From Auanema rhodensis (Eukaryota; Animalia; Nematoda), in assembly GCA_964057225.1 (NCBI GenBank), contig OZ059894.1, forward strand, positions 9,114,001 through 9,178,000: a stretch of 64,000 bases of DNA. The letters run 5' to 3'. A program made the position numbers and the translations under genes. Under the pieces are notes generated by a model. That model saw only the letters and a program-made list of their open reading frames with translations, was not told the origin of the DNA and made no database searches. How positions within the stretch are numbered: the first letter of the stretch is position 1; every line of letters starts with the position of its first letter. This document shows, one piece after another, positions 47,336 to 59,300 of the stretch.

Positions 47336-50300
47336 ATTACTGAAACCTAAGCTAGGATTCAGATGACCGATAGAACTCAGAAAAGGAATATTGGAAGGTG
47401 TCGGAAGGTAAAACATTGCCCCGAACCAGGATCGAACTGGTGACCTTTAGATCTTCAGTCTAACGCTCTCCCAACTGAGCTATCGAGGCTATGAGTAGAC
47501 AGAATAAAGATTTCTTGAAGAGTTATCAGGAACAAAAAACCACAGTTCAAATCAATTCCAATGTTCAAACTCTGGAATCCTCGAATCTGAATAATACTCA
47601 TTACTGAAACCTAAGCTAGGATTCAGATGACCGATAGAACTCAGAAAAGGAATATTGGAAGGTGTCGGAAGGTAAAACATTGCCCCGAACCAGGATCGAA
47701 CTGGTGACCTTTAGATCTTCAGTCTAACGCTCTCCCAACTGAGCTATCGAGGCTATGAGTAGACAGAATAAAGATTTCTTGAAGAGTTATCAGGAACAAA
47801 AAACCACAGTTCAAATCAATTCCAATGTTCAAACTCTGGAATCCTCGAATCTGAATAATACTCATTACTGAAACCTAAGCTAGGATTCAGATGACCGATA
47901 GAACTCAGAAAAGGAATATTGGAAGGTGTCGGAAGGTAAAACATTGCCCCGAACCAGGATCGAACTGGTGACCTTTAGATCTTCAGTCTAACGCTCTCCC
48001 AACTGAGCTATCGAGGCTATGAGTAGACAGAATAAAGAATTCTTGAAGAGTTATAAGGAACAAAAAACCACTGTTCAAATCAATTCCAATGTTCAAACTC
48101 TGGAATCCTGGAATCTGAATAATACTCATTACTGAAACCTAAGCTAGGATTCAGATGACCGATAGAACTCAGAAAAGGAATAATTCAAGGTGTCGGAAGG
48201 TAAAACATTGCCCCGAACCAGGATCGAACTGGTGACCTTTAGATCTTCAGTCTAACGCTCTCCCAACTGAGCTATCGAGGCTATGAGTAGACAGAATAAA
48301 GAATTCTTGAAGAGTTATCAAGAACAGAAAACCACAGTTGAAATCAATTCGAGTGTTCAAACTCTGGAATCCTCGAATCTGAATAATACTCATTACTGAA
48401 ACCGAAACTAGGATTCAGATGACCGATAGAACTCAGAAAAAGAATATTTCAAGGTGTCGGAATGTAAAACATTGCCCCGAACCAGGATCGAACTGGTGAC
48501 CTTTAGATCTTCAGTCTAACGCTCTCCCAACTGAGCTATCGAGGCTATGAGTAGACAGAATAAAGAATTCTTGAAGAGTTATCAAGAACAGAAAACCACA
48601 GTTGAAATCAATTCGAGTGTTCAAACTCTGGAATCCTTGAATCTGAATAATACTCATTACTGAAACCGAAACTAGGATTCAGATGACCGATAGAACTCAG
48701 AAAAAGAATATTTCAAGGTGTCGGAAGGTAAAACATTGCCCCGAACCAGGATCGAACTGGTGACCTTTAGATCTTCAGTCTAACGCTCTCCCAACTGAGC
48801 TATCGAGGCTATGAGTAGACAGAATAAAGAATTCTTGAAGAGTTATCAGGAACAGAAAACCACAGTTGAAATCAATTCGAGTGTTCAAACTCTGGAATCC
48901 TCGAATCTGAATAATACTCATTACTGAAACCGAAACTAGGATTCAGATGACCGATAGAACTCAGAAAAAGAATATTTCAAGGTGTCGGAATGTAAAACAT
49001 TGCCCCGAACCAGGATCGAACTGGTGACCTTTAGATCTTCAGTCTAACGCTCTCCCAACTGAGCTATCGAGGCTATGAATAGACAGAATAAAGAATTCTT
49101 GAAGAGTTATCAAAAACAGAAAACCACAGTTGAAATCAATTCGAGTGTTCAAACTCTGGAATCCTCGAATCTGAATAATACTCATTACTGAAACCGAAAC
49201 TAGGATTCAGATGACCGATAGAACTCAGAAAAAGAATATTTCAAGGTGTCGGAATGTAAAACATTGCCCCGAACCAGGATCGAACTGGTGACCTTTAGAT
49301 CTTCAGTCTAACGCTCTCCCAACTGAGCTATCGAGGCTATGAGTAGACAGAATAAAGATTTCTTGAAGAGTTATCAAGAACAGAAAACCACAGTTGAAAT
49401 CAATTCGAGTGTTCAAACTCTGGAATCCTTGAATCTGAATAATACTCATTACTGAAACCGAAACTAGGATTCAGATGACCGATAGAACTCAGAAAAAGAA
49501 TATTTCAAGGTGTCGGAAGGTAAAACATTGCCCCGAACCAGGATCGAACTGGTGACCTTTAGATCTTCAGTCTAACGCTCTCCCAACTGAGCTATCGAGG
49601 CTATGAGTAGACAGAATAAAGAATTCTTGAAGAGTTATCAGGAACAGAAAACCACAGTTGAAATCAATTCCAATGTTCAAACTCTGGAATCCTGGAATCT
49701 GAATAATACTCATTACTGAAACCTAAGCTAGGATTCAGATGACCGATAGAACTCAGAAAAGGAATAATTCAAGGTGTCGGAAGGTAAAACATTGCCCCGA
49801 ACCAGGATCGAACTGGTGACCTTTAGATCTTCAGTCTAACGCTCTCCCAACTGAGCTATCGAGGCTATGAGTAGACAGAATAAAGAATTCTTGAAGAGTT
49901 ATCAGGAACAAAAAACCACAGTTCAAATCAATTCCAATGTTCAAACTCTGGAATCCTCGAATCTGAATAATACTCATTACTGAAACCTAAGCTAGGATTC
50001 AGATGACCGATAGAACTCAGAAAAGGAATATTGGAAGGTGTCGGAAGGTAAAACATTGCCCCGAACCAGGATCGAACTGGTGACCTTTAGATCTTCAGTC
50101 TAACGCTCTCCCAACTGAGCTATCGAGGCTATGAGTAGACAGAATAAAGATTTCTTGAAGAGTTATCAGGAACAAAAAACCACAGTTCAAATCAATTCCA
50201 ATGTTCAAACTCTGGAATCCTCGAATCTGAATAATACTCATTACTGAAACCTAAGCTAGGATTCAGATGACCGATAGAACTCAGAAAAGGAATATTGGAA

Positions 50301-53300
50301 GGTGTCGGAAGGTAAAACATTGCCCCGAACCAGGATCGAACTGGTGACCTTTAGATCTTCAGTCTAACGCTCTCCCAACTGAGCTATCGAGGCTATGAGT
50401 AGACAGAATAAAGAATTCTTGAAGAGTTATAAGGAACAAAAAACCACTGTTCAAATCAATTCCAATGTTCAAACTCTGGAATCCTGGAATCTGAATAATA
50501 CTCATTACTGAAACCTAAGCTAGGATTCAGATGACCGATAGAACTCAGAAAAGGAATAATTCAAGGTGTCGGAAGGTAAAACATTGCCCCGAACCAGGAT
50601 CGAACTGGTGACCTTTAGATCTTCAGTCTAACGCTCTCCCAACTGAGCTATCGAGGCTATGAGTAGACAGAATAAAGAATTCTTGAAGAGTTATCAAGAA
50701 CAGAAAACCACAGTTGAAATCAATTCGAGTGTTCAAACTCTGGAATCCTCGAATCTGAATAATACTCATTACTGAAACCGAAACTAGGATTCAGATGACC
50801 GATAGAACTCAGAAAAAGAATATTTCAAGGTGTCGGAATGTAAAACATTGCCCCGAACCAGGATCGAACTGGTGACCTTTAGATCTTCAGTCTAACGCTC
50901 TCCCAACTGAGCTATCGAGGCTATGAGTAGACAGAATAAAGAATTCTTGAAGAGTTATCAAGAACAGAAAACCACAGTTGAAATCAATTCGAGTGTTCAA
51001 ACTCTGGAATCCTTGAATCTGAATAATACTCATTACTGAAACCGAAACTAGGATTCAGATGACCGATAGAACTCAGAAAAAGAATATTTCAAGGTGTCGG
51101 AAGGTAAAACATTGCCCCGAACCAGGATCGAACTGGTGACCTTTAGATCTTCAGTCTAACGCTCTCCCAACTGAGCTATCGAGGCTATGAGTAGACAGAA
51201 TAAAGAATTCTTGAAGAGTTATCAGGAACAGAAAACCACAGTTGAAATCAATTCGAGTGTTCAAACTCTGGAATCCTCGAATCTGAATAATACTCATTAC
51301 TGAAACCGAAACTAGGATTCAGATGACCGATAGAACTCAGAAAAAGAATATTTCAAGGTGTCGGAATGTAAAACATTGCCCCGAACCAGGATCGAACTGG
51401 TGACCTTTAGATCTTCAGTCTAACGCTCTCCCAACTGAGCTATCGAGGCTATGAATAGACAGAATAAAGAATTCTTGAAGAGTTATCAAAAACAGAAAAC
51501 CACAGTTGAAATCAATTCGAGTGTTCAAACTCTGGAATCCTCGAATCTGAATAATACTCATTACTGAAACCGAAACTAGGATTCAGATGACCGATAGAAC
51601 TCAGAAAAAGAATATTTCAAGGTGTCGGAATGTAAAACATTGCCCCGAACCAGGATCGAACTGGTGACCTTTAGATCTTCAGTCTAACGCTCTCCCAACT
51701 GAGCTATCGAGGCTATGAGTAGACAGAATAAAGATTTCTTGAAGAGTTATCAAGAACAGAAAACCACAGTTGAAATCAATTCGAGTGTTCAAACTCTGGA
51801 ATCCTTGAATCTGAATAATACTCATTACTGAAACCGAAACTAGGATTCAGATGACCGATAGAACTCAGAAAAAGAATATTTCAAGGTGTCGGAAGGTAAA
51901 ACATTGCCCCGAACCAGGATCGAACTGGTGACCTTTAGATCTTCAGTCTAACGCTCTCCCAACTGAGCTATCGAGGCTATGAGTAGACAGAATAAAGAAT
52001 TCTTGAAGAGTTATCAGGAACAGAAAACCACAGTTGAAATCAATTCCAATGTTCAAACTCTGGAATCCTGGAATCTGAATAATACTCATTACTGAAACCT
52101 AAGCTAGGATTCAGATGACCGATAGAACTCAGAAAAGGAATAATTCAAGGTGTCGGAAGGTAAAACATTGCCCCGAACCAGGATCGAACTGGTGACCTTT
52201 AGATCTTCAGTCTAACGCTCTCCCAACTGAGCTATCGAGGCTATGAGTAGACAGAATAAAGAATTCTTGAAGAGTTATCAGGAACAAAAAACCACAGTTC
52301 AAATCAATTCCAATGTTCAAACTCTGGAATCCTCGAATCTGAATAATACTCATTACTGAAACCTAAGCTAGGATTCAGATGACCGATAGAACTCAGAAAA
52401 GGAATATTGGAAGGTGTCGGAAGGTAAAACATTGCCCCGAACCAGGATCGAACTGGTGACCTTTAGATCTTCAGTCTAACGCTCTCCCAACTGAGCTATC
52501 GAGGCTATGAGTAGACAGAATAAAGATTTCTTGAAGAGTTATCAGGAACAAAAAACCACAGTTCAAATCAATTCCAATGTTCAAACTCTGGAATCCTCGA
52601 ATCTGAATAATACTCATTACTGAAACCTAAGCTAGGATTCAGATGACCGATAGAACTCAGAAAAGGAATATTGGAAGGTGTCGGAAGGTAAAACATTGCC
52701 CCGAACCAGGATCGAACTGGTGACCTTTAGATCTTCAGTCTAACGCTCTCCCAACTGAGCTATCGAGGCTATGAGTAGACAGAATAAAGATTTCTTGAAG
52801 AGTTATCAGGAACAAAAAACCACAGTTCAAATCAATTCCAATGTTCAAACTCTGGAATCCTCGAATCTGAATAATACTCATTACTGAAACCTAAGCTAGG
52901 ATTCAGATGACCGATAGAACTCAGAAAAGGAATATTGGAAGGTGTCGGAAGGTAAAACATTGCCCCGAACCAGGATCGAACTGGTGACCTTTAGATCTTC
53001 AGTCTAACGCTCTCCCAACTGAGCTATCGAGGCTATGAGTAGACAGAATAAAGATTTCTTGAAGAGTTATCAGGAACAAAAAACCACAGTTCAAATCAAT
53101 TCCAATGTTCAAACTCTGGAATCCTCGAATCTGAATAATACTCATTACTGAAACCTAAGCTAGGATTCAGATGACCGATAGAACTCAGAAAAGGAATATT
53201 GGAAGGTGTCGGAAGGTAAAACATTGCCCCGAACCAGGATCGAACTGGTGACCTTTAGATCTTCAGTCTAACGCTCTCCCAACTGAGCTATCGAGGCTAT

Positions 53301-56300
53301 GAGTAGACAGAATAAAGATTTCTTGAAGAGTTATCAGGAACAAAAAACCACAGTTCAAATCAATTCCAATGTTCAAACTCTGGAATCCTCGAATCTGAAT
53401 AATACTCATTACTGAAACCTAAGCTAGGATTCAGATGACCGATAGAACTCAGAAAAGGAATATTGGAAGGTGTCGGAAGGTAAAACATTGCCCCGAACCA
53501 GGATCGAACTGGTGACCTTTAGATCTTCAGTCTAACGCTCTCCCAACTGAGCTATCGAGGCTATGAGTAGACAGAATAAAGAATTCTTGAAGAGTTATAA
53601 GGAACAAAAAACCACTGTTCAAATCAATTCCAATGTTCAAACTCTGGAATCCTGGAATCTGAATAATACTCATTACTGAAACCTAAGCTAGGATTCAGAT
53701 GACCGATAGAACTCAGAAAAGGAATAATTCAAGGTGTCGGAAGGTAAAACATTGCCCCGAACCAGGATCGAACTGGTGACCTTTAGATCTTCAGTCTAAC
53801 GCTCTCCCAACTGAGCTATCGAGGCTATGAGTAGACAGAATAAAGAATTCTTGAAGAGTTATCAAGAACAGAAAACCACAGTTGAAATCAATTCGAGTGT
53901 TCAAACTCTGGAATCCTCGAATCTGAATAATACTCATTACTGAAACCGAAACTAGGATTCAGATGACCGATAGAACTCAGAAAAAGAATATTTCAAGGTG
54001 TCGGAATGTAAAACATTGCCCCGAACCAGGATCGAACTGGTGACCTTTAGATCTTCAGTCTAACGCTCTCCCAACTGAGCTATCGAGGCTATGAGTAGAC
54101 AGAATAAAGAATTCTTGAAGAGTTATCAAGAACAGAAAACCACAGTTGAAATCAATTCGAGTGTTCAAACTCTGGAATCCTTGAATCTGAATAATACTCA
54201 TTACTGAAACCTAAGCTAGGATTCAGATGACCGATAGAACTCAGAAAAAGAATATTTCAAGGTGTCGGAAGGTAAAACATTGCCCCGAACCAGGATCGAA
54301 CTGGTGACCTTTAGATCTTCAGTCTAACGCTCTCCCAACTGAGCTATCGAGGCTATGAGTAGACAGAATAAAGAATTCTTGAAGAGTTATCAGGAACAGA
54401 AAACCACAGTTGAAATCAATTCGAGTGTTCAAACTCTGGAATCCTCGAATCTGAATAATACTCATTACTGAAACCGAAACTAGGATTCAGATGACCGATA
54501 GAACTCAGAAAAAGAATATTTCAAGGTGTCGGAATGTAAAACATTGCCCCGAACCAGGATCGAACTGGTGACCTTTAGATCTTCAGTCTAACGCTCTCCC
54601 AACTGAGCTATCGAGGCTATGAGTAGACAGAATAAAGAATTCTTGAAGAGTTATCAAGAACAGAAAACCACAGTTGAAATCAATTCGAGTGTTCAAACTC
54701 TGGAATCCTCGAATCTGAATAATACTCATTACTGAAACCGAAACTAGGATTCAGATGACCGATAGAACTCAGAAAAAGAATATTTCAAGGTGTCGGAATG
54801 TAAAACATTGCCCCGAACCAGGATCGAACTGGTGACCTTTAGATCTTCAGTCTAACGCTCTCCCAACTGAGCTATCGAGGCTATGAGTAGACAGAATAAA
54901 GATTTCTTGAAGAGTTATCAAGAACAGAAAACCACAGTTGAAATCAATTCGAGTGTTCAAACTCTGGAATCCTTGAATCTGAATAATACTCATTACTGAA
55001 ACCGAAACTAGGATTCAGATGACCGATAGAACTCAGAAAAAGAATATTTCAAGGTGTCGGAAGGTAAAACATTGCCCCGAACCAGGATCGAACTGGTGAC
55101 CTTTAGATCTTCAGTCTAACGCTCTCCCAACTGAGCTATCGAGGCTATGAGTAGACAGAATAAAGAATTCTTGAAGAGTTATCAGGAACAGAAAACCACA
55201 GTTGAAATCAATTCCAATGTTCAAACTCTGGAATCCTGGAATCTGAATAATACTCATTACTGAAACCTAAGCTAGGATTCAGATGACCGATAGAACTCAG
55301 AAAAGGAATAATTCAAGGTGTCGGAAGGTAAAACATTGCCCCGAACCAGGATCGAACTGGTGACCTTTAGATCTTCAGTCTAACGCTCTCCCAACTGAGC
55401 TATCGAGGCTATGAGTAGACAGAATAAAGAATTCTTGAAGAGTTATCAAGAACAGAAAACCACAGTTGAAATCAATTCGAGTGTTCAAACTCTGGAATCC
55501 TCGAATCTGAATAATACTCATTACTGAAACCGAAACTAGGGTTCAGATGACCGATAGAACTCAGAAAAAGAATATTTCAAGGTGTCGGAATGTAAAACAT
55601 TGCCCCGAACCAGGATCGAACTGGTGACCTTTAGATCTTCAGTCTAACGCTCTCCCAACTGAGCTATCGAGGCTATGAGTAGACAGAATAAAGAATTCTT
55701 GAAGAGTTATAAGGAACAAAAAACCACAGTTGAAATCAATTCCAATGTTCAAACTCTGGAATCCTCGAATCTGAATAATACTCATTACTGAAACCTAAGC
55801 TAGGATTCAGATGACCGATAGAACTCAGAAAAGGAATAATTCAAGGTGTCGGAATGTAAAACATTGCCAGGAACCATGATCGAACTGGTGACCTTTAGAT
55901 CTTCAGTCTAACGCTCTCCCAACTGAGCTATCGAGGCTATGAGTAGACAGAATAAAGAATTCTTGAAGAGTTATCAAGAACAGAAAACCACAGTTGAAAT
56001 CAATTCGAGTGTTCAAACTCTGGAATCCTCGAATCTGAATAATACTCATTACTGAAACCTAAGCTAGGATTCAGATGACCGATAGAACTCAGAAAAGGAA
56101 TAATTCAAGGTGTCGGAATGTAAAACATTGCCAGGAACCATGATCGAACTGGTGACTTTTAGATCTTCAGTCTAACGCTCTCCCAACTGAGCTATCGAGG
56201 CTATGAGTAGACAGAATAAAGAATTCTTGAAGAGTTATCAAGAACAGAAAACCACAGTTGAAATCAATTCGAGTGTTCAAACTCTGGAATCCTCGAATCT

Positions 56301-59300
56301 GAATAATACTCATTACTGAAACCGAAACTAGGATTCAGATGACCGATAGAACTCAGAAAAAGAATATTTCAAGGTGTCGGAATGTAAAACATTGCCCCGA
56401 ACCAGGATCGAACTGGTGACCTTTAGATCTTCAGTCTAACGCTCTCCCAACTGAGCTATCGAGGCTATGAGTAGACAGAATAAAGAATTCTTGAAGAGTT
56501 ATCAGGAACAGAAAACCACAGTTGAAATCAATTCCAATGTTCAAACTCTGGAATCCTCGAATCTGAATAATACTCATTACTGAAACCTAAGCTAGGATTC
56601 AGATGACCGATAGAACTCAGAAAAGGAATAATTCAAGGTGTCGGAATGTAAAACATTGCCAGGAACCATGATCGAACTGGTGACCTTTAGATCTTCAGTC
56701 TAACGCTCTCCCAACTGAGCTATCGAGGCTATGAGTAGACAGAATAAAGAATTCTTGAAGAGTTATCAAGAACAGAAAACCACAGTTGAAATCAATTCGA
56801 GTGTTCAAACTCTGGAATCCTCGAATCTGAATAATACTCATTACTGAAACCTAAGCTAGGATTCAGATGACCGATAGAACTCAGAAAAGGAATAATTCAA
56901 GGTGTCGGAATGTAAAACATTGCCAGGAACCATGATCGAACTGGTGACTTTTAGATCTTCAGTCTAACGCTCTCCCAACTGAGCTATCGAGGCTATGAGT
57001 AGACAGAATAAAGAATTCTTGAAGAGTTATCAAGAACAGAAAACCACAGTTGAAATCAATTCGAGTGTTCAAACTCTGGAATCCTCGAATCTGAATAATA
57101 CTCATTACTGAAACCGAAACTAGGATTCAGATGACCGATAGAACTCAGAAAAAGAATATTTCAAGGTGTCGGAATGTAAAACATTGCCCCGAACCAGGAT
57201 CGAACTGGTGACCTTTAGATCTTCAGTCTAACGCTCTCCCAACTGAGCTATCGAGGCTATGAGTAGACAGAATAAAGAATTCTTGAAGAGTTATCAGGAA
57301 CAGAAAACCACAGTTGAAATCAATTCGAGTGTTCAAACTCTGGAATCCTGGAATCTGAATAATACTCATTACTGAAACCGAAACTAGGATTCAGATGACC
57401 GATAGAACTCAGAAAAAGAATATTTCAAGGTGTCGGAATGTAAAACATTGCCCCGAACCAGGATCGAACTGGTGACCTTTAGATCTTCAGTCTAACGCTC
57501 TCCCAACTGAGCTATCGAGGCTATGAGTAGACAGAATAAAGAATTCTTGAAGAGTTATCAGGAACAGAAAACCACAGTTGAAATCAATTCGAGTGTTCAA
57601 ACTCTGGAATCCTGGAATCTGAATAATACTCATTACTGAAACCGAAACTAGGATTCAGATGACCGATAGAACTCAGAAAAAGAATATTTCAAGGTGTCGG
57701 AATGTAAAACATTGCCCCGAACCAGGATCGAACTGGTGACCTTTAGATCTTCAGTCTAACGCTCTCCCAACTGAGCTATCGAGGCTATGAGTAGACAGAA
57801 TAAAGAATTCTTGAAGAGTTATCAGGAACAGAAAACCACAGTTGAAATCAATTCGAGTGTTCAAACTCTGGAATCCTCGAATCTGAATAATACTCATTAC
57901 TGAAACCTAAGCTAGGATTCAGATGACCGATAGAACTCAGAAAAAGAATATTTCAAGGTGTCGGAATGTAAAACATTGCCCCGAACCAGGATCGAACTGG
58001 TGACCTTTAGATCTTCAGTCTAACGCTCTCCCAACTGAGCTATCGAGGCTATGAGTAGACAGAATAAAGAATTCTTGAAGAGTTATCAGGAACAGAAAAC
58101 CACAGTTGAAATCAATTCGAGTGTTCAAACTCTGGAATCCTCGAATCTGAATAATACTCATTACTGAAACCTAAGCTAGGATTCAGATGACCGATAGAAC
58201 TCAGAAAAAGAATATTTCAAGGTGTCGGAATGTAAAACATTGCCCCGAACCAGGATCGAACTGGTGACCTTTAGATCTTCAGTCTAACGCTCTCCCAACT
58301 GAGCTATCGAGGCTATGAGTAGACAGAATAAAGAATTCTTGAAGAGTTATCAAGAACAGAAAACCACAGTTGAAATCAATTCGAGTGTTCAAACTCTGGA
58401 ATCCTCGAATCTGAATAATACTCATTACTGAAACCGAAACTAGGATTCAGATGACCGATAGAACTCAGAAAAAGAATATTTCAAGGTGTCGGAATGTAAA
58501 ACATTGCCCCGAACCAGGATCGAACTGGTGACCTTTAGATCTTCAGTCTAACGCTCTCCCAACTGAGCTATCGAGGCTATGAGTAGACAGAATAAAGAAT
58601 TCTTGAAGAGTTATCAGGAACAGAAAACCACAGTTGAAATCAATTCGAGTGTTCAAACTCTGGAATCCTGGAATCTGAATAATACTCATTACTGAAACCT
58701 AAGCTAGGATTCAGATGACCGATAGAACTCAGAAAAAGAATATTTCAAGGTGTCGGAATGTAAAACATTGCCCCGAACCAGGATCGAACTGGTGACCTTT
58801 AGATCTTCAGTCTAACGCTCTCCCAACTGAGCTATCGAGGCTATGAGTAGACAGAATAAAGAATTCTTGAAGAGTTATCAAGAACAGAAAACCACAGTTG
58901 AAATCAATTCGAGTGTTCAAACTCTGGAATCCTCGAATCTGAATAATACTCATTACTGAAACCGAAACTAGGATTCAGATGACCGATAGAACTCAGAAAA
59001 AGAATATTTCAAGGTGTCGGAATGTAAAACATTGCCCCGAACCAGGATCGAACTGGTGACCTTTAGATCTTCAGTCTAACGCTCTCCCAACTGAGCTATC
59101 GAGGCTATGAGTAGACAGAATAAAGAATTCTTGAAGAGTTATAAGGAACAAAAAACCACAGTTGAAATCAATTCCAATGTTCAAACTCTGGAATCCTCGA
59201 ATCTGAATAATACTCATTACTGAAACCTAAGCTAGGATTCAGATGACCGATAGAACTCAGAAAAGGAATAATTCAAGGTGTCGGAATGTAAAACATTGCC

